From: an uncultured delta proteobacterium
GTDB taxonomy: Bacteria > Myxococcota > Myxococcia > SLRQ01
NCBI GenBank assembly: GCA_963727485.1
Contig: CAVSGM010000011.1
Location: 576,001 to 640,000 of the forward strand
Direction of reading: 5' to 3'
DNA: 64,000 nucleotides
Shown one piece after another: positions 33,938-45,993 of the stretch. The position numbers were made by a program, and so were the translations under genes. Numbering within the stretch: the stretch's first letter is position 1; each line of letters starts with the position of its first letter. A model generated the notes under the pieces. It was not told where the DNA came from and made no database searches. It worked only from the letters and a program-made list of their open reading frames with translations.

Positions 33938-34120
33938 ATGGCGCTCAAGGTCACCCAGGTTCGTTCCAGCTCCGGCGCCACCGCGCGCCAGCGTCAGACC
34001 CTCACCGGTCTCGGGCTCGGCCGTATCGGCAAGACCCGGAAGGTGAAGGATGACGCCCCCACCAGGGGGATGATCGCCAAGGTCGCCCACCTGATCCACG
34101 TCGAAGAGGTGTCGGAATGA
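33938..34120 (+). CDS. rpmD: 50S ribosomal protein L30
   Basis: MALKVTQVRS...LGL...RGMIAKVAHLI. Confidence 0.96.
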   Translation: MALKVTQVRSSSGATARQRQTLTGLGLGRIGKTRKVKDDAPTRGMIAKVAHLIHVEEVSE

Positions 34121-34578
34121 AGCTCTCCGAGCTCAAGGCCCCCAAGGGCGCCAACAAGGACCGCAAGCGCGTCGGCCGCGGTCGGGGCTCCGGCCTCGGC
34201 AAGACCGCGGGTCGCGGCGGCAAGGGCCAGAAGGCCCGCGTGGGCAACATGAACTTCGGCGGCTTCGAGGGTGGCCAGATCCCCCTCCAGCGCCGGCTCC
34301 CCAAGATCGGCTTCCGGCACGCCGGCAAGCAGTTCACCGAGGTGAACGTTGCCGAGCTCGAGACCCGCTTCGAGGATGGCGGCGTGGTGGACCTCGACGC
34401 GCTCAAGGCCATGCGCGTGGTGCGCAAGGTCGGCGACGGCGTGAAGGTCCTCGGTCGCGGCGAGATCACCCGGAAGCTGACGGTGAAGGTGCAGGCCATC
34501 AGCGCCAGCGCCCGGGAGAAGATCGAGAAGGCGGGCGGCACCGTCGAGATCGTCGCCCTCCCCAACGCGCGCAGCTAG
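34117..34578 (+). CDS. rplO: 50S ribosomal protein L15
   Basis: RVGRGRGSGLGKTAGRGGKGQ, FEGGQ. Confidence 0.99.
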   Translation: MKLSELKAPKGANKDRKRVGRGRGSGLGKTAGRGGKGQKARVGNMNFGGFEGGQIPLQRRLPKIGFRHAGKQFTEVNVAELETRFEDGGVVDLDALKAMRVVRKVGDGVKVLGRGEITRKLTVKVQAISASAREKIEKAGGTVEIVALPNARS

Positions 34579-34593
34579 CAAGGCGGTCCCAAA

Positions 34594-35910
<1,317 letters not shown>

Positions 35911-35912
35911 CC

Positions 35913-36569
35913 ATGGTGACCCGACTCATCCTCTTCGGCCCTCCAGGGGCCGGCAAGGGCACCCAGGCGAGGCGCCTGGTCGAGTCCCTGGGGATCCCCC
36001 AGATCTCCACCGGGGACATCCTCAGGCAGGCCAAGGCCGAGGGGACGCCCATGGGCCAGAAGGCCGCCGAGTACATGAACGCCGGCAAGCTGGTCCCCGA
36101 CGAGGTGGTGGTCGGCATCGTCGAGGAGCGCCTGGAGAAGGACGACGCCAAGGGTGGGTGGATCCTCGACGGATTCCCCCGGACCCTGCCGCAGGCCGAG
36201 GCCCTCGATGCCATGCTCGCCGGCCGGGGCGAGGCCATCGACCGGGTCCTCTCCCTGGAGGTCCCCGACGAGCCCATCGTGGCGCGCCTCTCCGGGCGGC
36301 GGAGCTGCCCCGAGTGCAAGGCGGGCTACCACGTGACCTTCGATCCCCCCGCCAAGGAGGGGATCTGCAACGAGTGTGGCACGGCCCTCATCCAGCGTGA
36401 TGACGACCGGCCTGAAGCCATCCGCGAGCGTCTGACGACCTTCCACGATCAGACGGCGCCGCTGACGCAGTACTACGAGAACAAGGGCCTCCTGGCCCGG
36501 GTGGACGGCGAGGGGGACATCGACGAGGTGTCCCGCCGCATCCAGTCGGCGCTGGGGGGAGAAGCCTAG
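35913..36569 (+). CDS. adk: adenylate kinase (zinc-lid type)
   Basis: [31 protein letters not shown] lid. Confidence 0.98.
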   Translation: MVTRLILFGPPGAGKGTQARRLVESLGIPQISTGDILRQAKAEGTPMGQKAAEYMNAGKLVPDEVVVGIVEERLEKDDAKGGWILDGFPRTLPQAEALDAMLAGRGEAIDRVLSLEVPDEPIVARLSGRRSCPECKAGYHVTFDPPAKEGICNECGTALIQRDDDRPEAIRERLTTFHDQTAPLTQYYENKGLLARVDGEGDIDEVSRRIQSALGGEA

Positions 36570-36574
36570 AAGAG

Positions 36575-36603
36575 TTGCGTCTCTGGGGCGGGGCTGCTAT
36601 AAG
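36575..36603 (+). promoter_or_regulatory. sigma70 promoter of the rpmJ-alpha operon
   Basis: TTGCGT-17 nt-TATAAG with extended TG. Confidence 0.7.
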
Positions 36604-36634
36604 CCGCCGCTTTCCAGGGGCCCGGAGTCCAGTC

Positions 36635-36751
36635 ATGAAGGTACGCGCATCAGTCCGGAAGATTTGCAACCGGTGCAAGATCATTCGCCGCCGTGGGGTG
36701 GTCCGTGTGATCTGCAGCGCCAACCCTCGCCACAAGCAGCGCCAGGGCTGA
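36635..36751 (+). CDS. rpmJ: 50S ribosomal protein L36
   Basis: [38 protein letters not shown]; too short for the ORF track. Confidence 0.97.
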   Translation: MKVRASVRKICNRCKIIRRRGVVRVICSANPRHKQRQG

Positions 36752-36785
36752 GAAGCCCGCCAACGGCGCAGACCGAGGTAGCACC

Positions 36786-37151
36786 ATGGCCCGTATTGCC
36801 GGCATCGATCTGCCGCGCGAAAAGCGGATTGAGATCAGCCTCACCTACATCTACGGCATCGGCCGCCACATGGCGGGCGAGGTGCTGAAGGTGGCGAAGG
36901 TGGATCCCAATACCCGTACCCAGGACCTCCACGACGACGAGGTTCGTCGTATCCGTGACGCCATCGAACAGACCGTCAAGGTCGAGGGCGACTTGCGGCG
37001 CGAGGTCAACATGAACATCAAGCGGCTGATGGACCTGGGCTGCTACCGGGGCTTGCGCCACCGCAAGGGTCTCCCGGTCCGCGGTCAGCGCACCCATACC
37101 AATGCCCGCACCCGCAAGGGTCCCCGCCGCGGCGTTGCCCGCAGGAAGTAG
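36786..37151 (+). CDS. rpsM: 30S ribosomal protein S13
   Basis: [19 protein letters not shown]. Confidence 0.99.
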   Translation: MARIAGIDLPREKRIEISLTYIYGIGRHMAGEVLKVAKVDPNTRTQDLHDDEVRRIRDAIEQTVKVEGDLRREVNMNIKRLMDLGCYRGLRHRKGLPVRGQRTHTNARTRKGPRRGVARRK

Positions 37152-37161
37152 GTGAGGCGAG

Positions 37162-37545
<384 letters not shown>

Positions 37546-37552
37546 GGTCCAC

Positions 37553-38179
37553 ATGGCACGTTACGTCGAGTCGGTCTGCCGCCTGTGCCGGCGCGAGAAC
37601 CTGAAGATGTATCTCAAGGGTGATCGCTGCTACAGCGACAAGTGCGCCATCGAGCGCCGCCCCTACCCGCCGGGCCAGCACGGCCAGGCGCGGCACAAGT
37701 TCTCCGAGTACGGGGTGCAGCTCCGCGAGAAGCAGAAGGTCAAGCGGATGTACGGCCTCCTGGAGAAGCAGTTCCGTGGCTACTACGTGAAGGCCGCCCG
37801 GAAGAAGGGCAAGACCGGCGACAACCTCCTCCAGATCCTGGAGCAGCGCCTGGACAACGTGGTCTTCCGCCTCGGCTTCTCCGACACCCGCGCCGAGGCC
37901 CGGCAGCTGGTGCGCCACGGGCACGTGCGCGTGGGTGGCCGCAAGGTCAACATCCCCTCGTACCAGGTGAAGCCGGGCATGGGGATCTCCATCCGGGAGA
38001 AGAGCCAGAAGAACCTCCGCGTCAACGCCGCCCTCGAGGCGGTGGAGCGCCGCGGGATCCCTGGCTGGCTCGAGCTGGACAAGGGCAACTTCGCGGGCAA
38101 GATCGTCTCGGCGCCTGCCCGCGAGGACATCACCATGCCCATCCAGGAGAGCCTCATCGTCGAGCTCTACTCCAAGTAG
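37553..38179 (+). CDS. rpsD: 30S ribosomal protein S4
   Basis: [28 protein letters not shown]. Confidence 0.99.
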   Translation: MARYVESVCRLCRRENLKMYLKGDRCYSDKCAIERRPYPPGQHGQARHKFSEYGVQLREKQKVKRMYGLLEKQFRGYYVKAARKKGKTGDNLLQILEQRLDNVVFRLGFSDTRAEARQLVRHGHVRVGGRKVNIPSYQVKPGMGISIREKSQKNLRVNAALEAVERRGIPGWLELDKGNFAGKIVSAPAREDITMPIQESLIVELYSK

Positions 38180-38275
38180 GCCTCGGTCAGTCGTCCCTTT
38201 CGTCGTAACTCTCACCCTCACGTGGCAGGAGTTGCCGCGGCCACGCCGCGGAGAACGCCGTGGAGGTCACTGGAC

Positions 38276-39313
38276 ATGGCAGACGCAGTTGTCGCCAAGA
38301 ATTGGCGTGATTTGATCAAGCCCCGCGGGCTGGTGGTGGACAAGGACTCCCTCACCGGCACCTACGGGAAGTTCGTGGCGGAGCCCCTGGAGCGGGGCTT
38401 CGGCATCACCATCGGGAACTCGCTGCGGCGGGTGCTGCTCTCGTCCCTCCAGGGCGCGGCCATCACCTCGGTGCGCATCGAGGGGGTGGAGCACGAGTTC
38501 ACCACCATCCCCGAGGTCGTCGAGGACGTCACCGACATCATCCTCAACCTCAAGGAGGTCCTCCTCCGCTCCGACACCCTCGAGCCGAAGATCCTTCGGA
38601 TCGAGGCCGACGGGCCCAAGGAGATCAAGGCCGGTGACATCATCACCGACCCGGCCGTCGAGGTCCTCAACCCCGACCACCACATCTGCACCATCTCCCA
38701 GGGCGGGAAGGTGCGGATGGAGATGGTGTGCAAGAAGGGGCGTGGCTACGTCCCTGCCGACCAGAACAAGACCGAGGGCGACCCCATCGGGACCATCCCC
38801 ATCGACTCCCTGTTCTCGCCGGTGAAGAAGGTCAACTACAACGTGACCAACGCCCGCGTGGGCCAGCGCACCGACTACGACCGGCTCATCCTCGAGCTGT
38901 GGACCGACGGCTCGGTGACCCCCCAGGACGCGGTCGCCTACGCGGCGAAGATCATCAAGGATCAGCTCTCGATCTTCATCAACTTCGATGAGACCGAAGA
39001 GGCGATCCCCTACGAGATGCCCGAGGAGGGCGTGGAGCAGGACAAGCTCTACGAGACCCTGCTCCGGTCCGTCGACGAGCTCGAGCTCTCGGTGCGCTCG
39101 GCCAACTGCCTCCAGAACGCCAACATCAAGACCATTGGCGACCTGGTGCAGAAGACCGAGGCCGAGATGCTCAAGACCAAGAACTTCGGGCGCAAGTCCC
39201 TCAAGGAGATCAAGGAGATCCTGGCCGAGATGGGTCTCTCCCTGGGGATGAAGCTCGACAACTGGCCGCCGAAGAGCGGTGGCGCCCCCGAGCAGGCCAG
39301 CGAGCCTGCGTAG
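38276..39313 (+). CDS. rpoA: RNA polymerase alpha subunit
   Basis: [26 protein letters not shown]. Confidence 0.99.
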   Translation: MADAVVAKNWRDLIKPRGLVVDKDSLTGTYGKFVAEPLERGFGITIGNSLRRVLLSSLQGAAITSVRIEGVEHEFTTIPEVVEDVTDIILNLKEVLLRSDTLEPKILRIEADGPKEIKAGDIITDPAVEVLNPDHHICTISQGGKVRMEMVCKKGRGYVPADQNKTEGDPIGTIPIDSLFSPVKKVNYNVTNARVGQRTDYDRLILELWTDGSVTPQDAVAYAAKIIKDQLSIFINFDETEEAIPYEMPEEGVEQDKLYETLLRSVDELELSVRSANCLQNANIKTIGDLVQKTEAEMLKTKNFGRKSLKEIKEILAEMGLSLGMKLDNWPPKSGGAPEQASEPA

Positions 39314-39331
39314 GCGGCGACGGAGTCCCTC

Positions 39332-39682
39332 ATGCGTCACCAGAACACCGGCCGTAAGCTCAACCGGACCAGCAGCCACCGGAAGGCGATGTTCGCCAAC
39401 ATGGCCACCTCGCTCTTCGAGCACGAGCGGATCCGGACCACCGACGCCAAGGCCAAGGAGATCCGCCGAGTGGCGGAGAAGCTCGTGACCCTGGCCAAGA
39501 GGGGTGACGTCTCCGCCCGGCGGCTGGTCGCCCGCACCGTGCGGGACCCCGAGGTCCTCAAGAAGCTCTTCGACGACATCGGGCCCCGCTACGCCGAGCG
39601 GGCCGGGGGCTACACCCGGATCGTCAAGATCGGGCCCCGGGCGGGCGACAACGCCCCCATGAGCCTGATCGAGCTGGTCTAG
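39332..39682 (+). CDS. rplQ: 50S ribosomal protein L17
   Basis: [22 protein letters not shown]. Confidence 0.99.
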   Translation: MRHQNTGRKLNRTSSHRKAMFANMATSLFEHERIRTTDAKAKEIRRVAEKLVTLAKRGDVSARRLVARTVRDPEVLKKLFDDIGPRYAERAGGYTRIVKIGPRAGDNAPMSLIELV

Positions 39683-39734
39683 GGCCAACCCGGCTCCAGC
39701 TCCGGCAATCGGACCCGGCCCGCAGCGGGCCGGA

Positions 39735-39777
39735 CACAGCGGCGCCTTTCCGAGAGGGGAGGCGCCGTGTGTTTTGT
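39735..39777 (+). terminator. intrinsic terminator after rplQ
   Basis: CGGCGCCTTTCC-GAGA-GGGGAGGCGCCG hairpin followed by TGTGTTTTGT. Confidence 0.7.
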
Positions 39778-39806
39778 CCGGCGGGGGGTCAAGGTAGGAT
39801 GGCGGG

Positions 39807-41675
39807 GTGCGGCTCTCGCTCCGCCTCATGGGCATCCTGGCCCTGGCCGCGGTGGTCCCCCTGGTGGTGGCCGGGCTCCTGCTCACCTCCGTGAGCCGGC
39901 GCGCCCTGGAGAAGCAGGTGCGGGCGTCCCAGCTCGCCGCCGCCACCGGGATCGCCGACGCCACCGACCAGTGGCTGGGCCAGGTCCTCGGGCGCCTCGA
40001 GCTCTCCGGAGACCTCTTCGACCTCGCCCACATGGACGCCGCCGCCCGGACCGGCGCCCTCCGGGTGGTCTACCGCCAGCTCGATTCGGTGGACGTGGTG
40101 GGCCTCTATGACGCCAAGGGCAAGGCGGTGGTGCCGCCCGTGTATCTCGCCCACGCGGTCCGCGACGATCCCCACCTGCCGGTGAGCGCCGCGGGCCTCG
40201 CCCGGTTTCGGAAGCGGGCACCCCTCGAGCGGGCCCGGCAACTGGGGCTGGGCGTGGGGCAGGCCTATCTCTCCGAGCGCCGTCACGTGGTGCTCCTCCC
40301 GGTGGCGGTGAGAGTGGGGGTCGCCGGGCAGCCCTGGGTCCTGGCGGTGGAGCTGACCCTTCGGCCTCTGGAGCGGCTGGTGGCGCGGGTCCCGGCCCGG
40401 GATGTGGGCACCGCCTACCTGGTGGACCGGCAGGGCCGCATCCTCGCCCACCCCGATGGGACGCGCTTCCTCGAGCCGAGCGCCTACCCGAACCTGGCGT
40501 CGGTCCTCGCCCGGGGCAGCGGCGGCGTCACCCGCTACGGTCACCGGGGGCACCGGCTCCTGGCGGCCTCGGCGCCCCTGCGCCAGGCGCCCTGGGTGGC
40601 GGTGGTGGAGCGGCCCGAGGCGGAGGCCTTCGCCTCGGTGAACGCCATGGGACGGCGGATCCTGCTCATCATCGCCCTGGCCCTGGGCTTCGCCCTCCTG
40701 GTGGGTCTCCTGCTCTCCAGGGGCATCTCCCGGCCCCTGGCGCTCACCGCCGACCGGGCCCGGGCCATCGCCGGCGGCGACCTGGGCCAGCGCCTCCCCG
40801 AGACCGGCGCCACCGAGGTCCGGGACCTGGCCACCGCGTTCAACGCCATGACCACCGAGCTCGCCCGCTCCCGGGCCGAGATCGAGGGCTTCAACCGCCA
40901 GCTCCAGCAGCGTGTGGCCGAGCGGACCGCCGAGCTCAAGCAGGCCCAGGCGGAGCTCCTCCAGAGCCGGAAGCTCGCCGCCATCGGCGAGCTCGGCGCC
41001 GGGGTGGCCCACGAGCTCAACAACCCGCTCACCGGGATCCTGGGGATGGCCCAGCTGGTCCTCCGCAAGCGGCCCGAGGGGGACCCGGAGCGCAAGTTCC
41101 TCGAGCGCATCGAGGCCGACGCCAAGCGCTGCCGGGAGGTGACCATGAACCTCCTGCGCTTCTCCGAGCAGGGGGACGAGTCGATCCTCGCCGACGCCGA
41201 CGCCAACGCCGTGGCCCGGAGCGCCGTGGCCCTCCAGCAATCCCTCCTCGAGCGCCGGGGGGTATCGGTGGTCCTGGAGCTCGACGAGGCCCTCCCGGAG
41301 ATCCGGGCCGACGCCGCCCAGCTCCAGCAGGTGGTCATGAACCTCCTCTCCAACGCCGCCCACGCCACCCCCGAGGGGGGACGGGTCACTGTGCGCAGCC
41401 AGAGCGACGGGGTCTTCGTGCACCTGATCGTCTCGGACAACGGCCGGGGGATCCCCAAGGCCAACCTCGATCGGATCTTCGAGCCCTTCTTCACCACCAA
41501 GGAGGACTGGCGTGGCGCCGGGCTGGGCCTCTCGGTGGCCTACCAAATCGTCCAGGCCCATCACGGCACCCTCCAGGTGGAGAGCGCGCCGGGGCAGGGG
41601 GCCACCTTCACCGTGAGCCTCCCCATCCCCGCGGCCCGGGCGGTGGCGGCCAGCGACGACGCGGCCCGGGGGTAG
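39807..41675 (+). CDS. membrane sensor histidine kinase (Cache-HAMP-HisKA-HATPase)
   Basis: two TM segments, AYLVD..G..LAHP Cache motif, [44 protein letters not shown] 6 nt before GTG. Confidence 0.93.
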   Translation: MRLSLRLMGILALAAVVPLVVAGLLLTSVSRRALEKQVRASQLAAATGIADATDQWLGQVLGRLELSGDLFDLAHMDAAARTGALRVVYRQLDSVDVVGLYDAKGKAVVPPVYLAHAVRDDPHLPVSAAGLARFRKRAPLERARQLGLGVGQAYLSERRHVVLLPVAVRVGVAGQPWVLAVELTLRPLERLVARVPARDVGTAYLVDRQGRILAHPDGTRFLEPSAYPNLASVLARGSGGVTRYGHRGHRLLAASAPLRQAPWVAVVERPEAEAFASVNAMGRRILLIIALALGFALLVGLLLSRGISRPLALTADRARAIAGGDLGQRLPETGATEVRDLATAFNAMTTELARSRAEIEGFNRQLQQRVAERTAELKQAQAELLQSRKLAAIGELGAGVAHELNNPLTGILGMAQLVLRKRPEGDPERKFLERIEADAKRCREVTMNLLRFSEQGDESILADADANAVARSAVALQQSLLERRGVSVVLELDEALPEIRADAAQLQQVVMNLLSNAAHATPEGGRVTVRSQSDGVFVHLIVSDNGRGIPKANLDRIFEPFFTTKEDWRGAGLGLSVAYQIVQAHHGTLQVESAPGQGATFTVSLPIPAARAVAASDDAARG

Positions 41676-41710
41676 GGCGCCAGCGACGACGCGGCCCGGG
41701 GGTAGGGCGC
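41651..41710 (+). repeat. perfect 30-bp tandem duplication spanning the kinase stop codon
   Basis: CAGCGACGACGCGGCCCGGGGGTAGGGCGC x2. Confidence 0.95.
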
Positions 41711-41792
41711 CGGAACCGGCGTCGGTGTGGGCGCAGGGCACCGACGCACGCGCCGGCTTTCTGCGCCGGTCCGCCTGGGGTACCATGAACCC

Positions 41793-42689
41793 GTGAGCCG
41801 ACGCCTCGCCCATTGGTGGACCGGGATCTGCCTGGCCCTCGCCGCGGCGGCCGTAGGCGTGACCGCGTGGGTGTGGCCGGCCGCGGCGCCCGCCGCCGCG
41901 CCGGTGAAGACCCACGGGGTGGTGGCGGCGTCGGTGGTGGGCCAGGTCGAGGTCCGCCACGCCGGTGGCGCCTGGGAGCGCCTCAAGCCCCAGCGCCACC
42001 TGGTCCGGGGCGACGAGCTGCGCACCGGTGACTTCAGCGAGGTGGTCCTCCTCGGGCACAACGGCTCCAGCCTGGTCATCTCCCCGAACACCCGGTTCGA
42101 CATCGGCGCCGACGGCGCCGACGTCTCGCGGTTCACCCTGGGGACCGGCAAGGTCGCCGCCGACATCCGGCGGCGCAAGCGCACCTACGAGTTCGGTGCC
42201 GGTGGCGGTGAGGCCCGCGCCGACACCCGGGGCGGCGAGTTCAGCCTGACCGCCGACGGCAAGGGCCTCCTGGGCGTCGTGACCCGCCGGGGCAAGGTCG
42301 GCCTCTCCGCGAAGGGCAAGCGGGTGGTGGTCCCGGCCGGCAAGCAGGCCGTGGCCCTCCCCGGCGCCGCCCCGGGCGATCCCCTGCCCATCCCCGAGGA
42401 CGTCTTCCTCCAGGTGAAGTGGCCCAAGCGCCCCACCGACGCCGACACCGTGGCCGTCGCCGGTCGCACCGACACCGGCGCCCGGGTGCGCGTCGGGGGC
42501 AAGACCATCCCGGTCGGCCCCGACGGCCGGTTCCACCTCGACCTCCCGCTCAAAGAGGGGAAGAACCACTTCGTGGTCTCGGCGGTGGATGCCGCCGGCA
42601 ACAATCGCCGGGTGACCAGCCCCGACATCGAGCGCCGCACCAGACGGCCGAGCCTCGAGCTCAAGACCAAGGGCAGCATCTGGGAGTGA
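41793..42689 (+). CDS. membrane-anchored FecR-domain protein with C-terminal Ig-like domain
   Basis: N-terminal TM; GDELRTG, ISPNTRF, LGTGKV, RGGEFSL, GKV..VVVPAGKQ (FecR-like); GRTD..GRF..L.EGKN..V.AVDAAGN (Ig-like); TACCAT 6 nt before GTG. Confidence 0.75.
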   Translation: MSRRLAHWWTGICLALAAAAVGVTAWVWPAAAPAAAPVKTHGVVAASVVGQVEVRHAGGAWERLKPQRHLVRGDELRTGDFSEVVLLGHNGSSLVISPNTRFDIGADGADVSRFTLGTGKVAADIRRRKRTYEFGAGGGEARADTRGGEFSLTADGKGLLGVVTRRGKVGLSAKGKRVVVPAGKQAVALPGAAPGDPLPIPEDVFLQVKWPKRPTDADTVAVAGRTDTGARVRVGGKTIPVGPDGRFHLDLPLKEGKNHFVVSAVDAAGNNRRVTSPDIERRTRRPSLELKTKGSIWE

Positions 42690-43471
42690 TCTTGGCCGAC
42701 GACGCACGGGACCGGGAAGCCCTCGAGGCGGAGCTCGCGCGCTGCCGAGCCATGCTGCTCCAGTCGGCGAAGCTCGCCGAGCTCGGTCAGCAGGTGGCGA
42801 GCCTGGTCCACGAGATGAACCAGCCGCTCCTGGGCATCAAGGCCTTCGCCCAGATGCTCAAGAAGGAGCTGGACGGCGACGAGTCGGCGCGCCGCAAGGC
42901 CACCTTCATCGAGGAGCAGGCCATCGTCCTCGAGCGGATGGCCGCCCGGGTGCGCCGTCACAGCCGACGCGCCGACACCAATCCCACGGCCACCGTGTCC
43001 GTCCCCAAGGCGGTGGAGGGCGTGCTCACCCTCTTGAGCCACCGGGTGCGCAAGGCCGGGGTGCTGACCGAGGTGGACCTCGTCGAGGGCCTGCCCCCGG
43101 CGCGGATGAGCGGCCTGCACATGCAGCAGCTCCTGGTGAACCTGGTGGGCAACGCCGCCGACGCCCTCAAGGGCACCGAGGATCGCCGGGTGCGCATCCT
43201 CGGGCGCCGCGACGGCGACGGGGTGCGGCTGGTGATCGCAGACAGCGGCCCCGGGATCCCCGACGACGTGCGGGAGAACATCTTCGAGCCGTTCTTCACC
43301 ACCAAGGATCCGCAGCACGGCACCGGCCTGGGGCTGCCGATCACCTTGGAGATCGTAAGGGCCTATGGAGGCACCCTCGAGGTGCGATGCGGCGACGCCG
43401 CGAAGGCCGTGGCCGGCGACGGCATGATGACCGCGTTCGAGATCCGGCTGCCGGGGGCGGCCGGCGGCTGA
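42686..43471 (+). CDS. sensor-less cytoplasmic histidine kinase
   Basis: GTGA overlap with the FecR gene; [33 protein letters not shown]; only ~25 aa before the DHp helix. Confidence 0.87.
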   Translation: MILADDARDREALEAELARCRAMLLQSAKLAELGQQVASLVHEMNQPLLGIKAFAQMLKKELDGDESARRKATFIEEQAIVLERMAARVRRHSRRADTNPTATVSVPKAVEGVLTLLSHRVRKAGVLTEVDLVEGLPPARMSGLHMQQLLVNLVGNAADALKGTEDRRVRILGRRDGDGVRLVIADSGPGIPDDVRENIFEPFFTTKDPQHGTGLGLPITLEIVRAYGGTLEVRCGDAAKAVAGDGMMTAFEIRLPGAAGG

Positions 43472-43481
43472 CGGAGGAGAC

Positions 43482-43940
43482 ATGGCGGAGACCAAGCAGA
43501 TCCTGATCGTCGACGACGAGGAGGCGGTGAACACCGTCCTCGGCGAGCTCCTCGGCAGCGCCGGCTACGAGGTCACCTTCGCCACCACCTGCGGCGACGG
43601 CCTCGACCTCCTCGCCGACCGGCGCTTCGACCTGGTGATCGCCGACAAGAACCTCCCGGACCAGACGGGGATGGAGATCGTGCGCCAGGCCCGGAAGGCC
43701 GAGGACGGTCCCGAGGCCATCATGATCACCGCCTATGCCTCCCTGGAGACCGCCATCGAGGCCATGGACCTTGGGGCCCGGGGGTACATCCTCAAGCCCT
43801 TCGAGGACATCGACGAGGTGCTGGAGAAGGTCCAGAAGGTCCTCGCCGCCGCCGAGGAGCGCCAGAAGATGAAGGGGCTCATCGAGCAGCTCCGCCGGAG
43901 CAACGACGCCGCCGCCGGGAAGCGTGGGGGCGGGGACTAG
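43482..43940 (+). CDS. single-domain response regulator with a short helical tail
   Basis: ILIVDDE, DLVIADKNLP, ITAY, YILKPF. Confidence 0.92.
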   Translation: MAETKQILIVDDEEAVNTVLGELLGSAGYEVTFATTCGDGLDLLADRRFDLVIADKNLPDQTGMEIVRQARKAEDGPEAIMITAYASLETAIEAMDLGARGYILKPFEDIDEVLEKVQKVLAAAEERQKMKGLIEQLRRSNDAAAGKRGGGD

Positions 43941-44012
43941 GAGGTCGCCCGGGGGCGGGGAGTGCGCCCGCCCGGCCCCGCCCGGCCCCGCCAGGGTCCA
44001 CCGCGGCGGGGC

Positions 44013-44480
44013 CTACCGGCGCCCGTGGAGGCGCTTGGTGTAGCTCGCCTGGGCGGTGCGCACGGTCACCGCCCGGGGCATGAAGTCCCGCCGAGGCCGC
44101 TCGGGGCGCCCCCGGGGCCCGGGTCGCTGGAACTCGGTGATGGCGAGCGACATCCCGTCGCCCGGGCGGACGTTCGCCTGGCGGTGGATCCAGCCGCCGG
44201 GGGCGAGGGTCACCGTCACGTCCTCCCAGACCGACTGGCCATGGTTCTGGATGTTGAAGGCGGTGCCGACGACGGTGGGCACCACGGTGATCGAGGCGCC
44301 GAGGTCGTTGTGCTCACCGCCGGTGAGGGCGAAGGCCACCGCGAGCGCCGAGAGCACCACCCAGCCGGACACCACCGCCACCCGCCACTTGAAGTACGGG
44401 CTCGAGCGTCGGAAGCCGCCGAGGAGCTCCCCGGCGTCTGGGCCGGCGCTGCCCGTGGCCTCGGCTGTGGGGGTCGCCAT
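44013..44480 (-). CDS. hypothetical single-pass membrane protein
   Basis: ATG after GGAGG; hydrophobic WRVAVVSGWVVLSALAVAFAL segment then a beta-rich domain; high-GC3 frame. Confidence 0.6.
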   Translation of the reverse strand: MATPTAEATGSAGPDAGELLGGFRRSSPYFKWRVAVVSGWVVLSALAVAFALTGGEHNDLGASITVVPTVVGTAFNIQNHGQSVWEDVTVTLAPGGWIHRQANVRPGDGMSLAITEFQRPGPRGRPERPRRDFMPRAVTVRTAQASYTKRLHGRR

Positions 44481-44545
44481 GACCTCCGAGGATAGGAGAG
44501 CGGGCCGGGGCCCCGCAAGCGCCACGGTCCGCCCGGGGCCGGAGC

Positions 44546-45408
44546 TCAGCCGCCGTTGCCGGTCCCGGCGGCCCGGTCGGCGTCCTCGGCGGTGAGCTCG
44601 CCCCCGAGGACCCGGGCCAGGAGGGGGTGGTCCACGGCCCGGAGGTGGGCGGCGGGGCGGCCGTGGCGCAGCGCCACCAGCTCGGCGATGATGCTCACCG
44701 CAATCTCCTCGGGGGTCACCGCCCCGAGGTCCAGGCCCACCGGGGCGTGGACGTGCTCCAGGGCCGGGAGCCCATGGCGGGCGTGGATGCGCTGGAGGGT
44801 GCGGAACACCTTGCGACGGCTGCCGATCATCCCCAGGTAGCGGTGGGGCCGACGGAGGCAGGCGTCGAGGGCGCTCTCGTCCAGGCGGTGGTCGTGGGTG
44901 ACCACCAGGATCCAGTCGGCGTCGGTGAGGCCGAGATCCGCCACCGCCTCGTCGGCCTCGGCGAGGATCCGGCGGCACCCGGGGAAGCGATCGTCGGTGT
45001 TCAGCTCGTCCCGGTCGTCGACGACGGTGACCTCGAAGCCCACCGAACGGGCGAGGGCGGCGGTGGGCCGGGCCACGTGGCCGGCGCCGAAGACCACGAG
45101 GCGGGGGGACTCTCCACGGGCTCCACGAAGACCTCCATCCGGCCGCCGCAGCACATGCCGAGATCGCGGCCGAGGTCGAAGGGGACCAGGCGCGGGCGGT
45201 CTCCGTCGAGGCAGCCCCGGAGGGCCTCGAGGACCGCCTGCTCCACCGCGCCGCCCCCCACGGTGCCCACCTGGGTGCCGTCGGCCCGGAGCAGCAGCCG
45301 TGCCCCGGGCTGCTGGGGCACCGAGCCGCTCACCCGGACCACGGTGGCCAGGGCGCCGCGGCCCCCATCGCCGAGGAGGGCCAGGAGGGCTTCGGTCGTC
45401 TCCCGCAT
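44546..45408 (-). CDS. xdhC: XdhC/CoxF family molybdo-flavoenzyme accessory protein (one base missing in the G-run 45103-45108)
   Basis: GTVGGGAVE, LGMCCGGRM in one frame; LVVFGAGHV, VTHDH, YLGMIGSRRK, APVGLDLG, PEEIAVSI in the next. Confidence 0.88.
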
Positions 45409-45454
45409 GCCTCCGGCATAGTGCCGCCGGGGCCGCCGGGTCAAACCTCGGGTG

Positions 45455-45985
45455 CTAGAGCCGCTGGGCGGGGAGGCCGGCGAACCGGTGGCCGAGGTCG
45501 GCGCAGATGGCGGTGAGCCCGGCCTCGTCGGCGGCGGTAAAGGCCGCCGGGAGGTCCGAGTCCACGTCGAGGACGCCGAGGATCCTTCCGGCGTCCCCGA
45601 AGACCGGGACCACCAGCTCCGAGCGGGTGCTGGCGGCGCAGGCGATGTGGTCGGGCCGGGCGGCGACGTCGTCGACCCGCTGGGCTGCCCCGGCCCGAAC
45701 CGCCGCCCCGCAGACCCCCCGGTCGAGGTCGATGCGCAGGCACCCGTGGCCCCCCTGGTAGGGGCCGATGACCAGGCGCTCGGGCCGGACCAGGCGGTAG
45801 AACCCGGTCCAGTGGAAGTAGGCGAAGCCGTGGTGGAGCTCGCAGGCGAGGGTGGCCATCGCCGCCGTCCAGTCGTCCTCGTCTTCGAGGATGCCGCCGA
45901 TGCGCAGGCGCAGCTCGGCGTACCGGGCGGTCCGGGCGTCGTCGTCGGCGCTGGCCGGGAGGGGCGTGAGGCCGGTGGGTGCCAT
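45455..45985 (-). CDS. msrC: GAF-domain free methionine-(R)-sulfoxide reductase-like protein
   Basis: WTGFY, IGPYQG..C.RI, GVCG, HIAC, SELVVPV, VLDVDS. Confidence 0.8.
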   Translation of the reverse strand: MAPTGLTPLPASADDDARTARYAELRLRIGGILEDEDDWTAAMATLACELHHGFAYFHWTGFYRLVRPERLVIGPYQGGHGCLRIDLDRGVCGAAVRAGAAQRVDDVAARPDHIACAASTRSELVVPVFGDAGRILGVLDVDSDLPAAFTAADEAGLTAICADLGHRFAGLPAQRL

Positions 45986-45993
45986 GGCCCCTC

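Noticed and set aside
41651..41710. CRISPR mini-array
   Set aside because: Two adjacent copies with no spacer, and no cas genes.
44546..45408. xdhC as two genes or a recoding site
   Set aside because: The break is in a G6 homopolymer, a typical long-read error.
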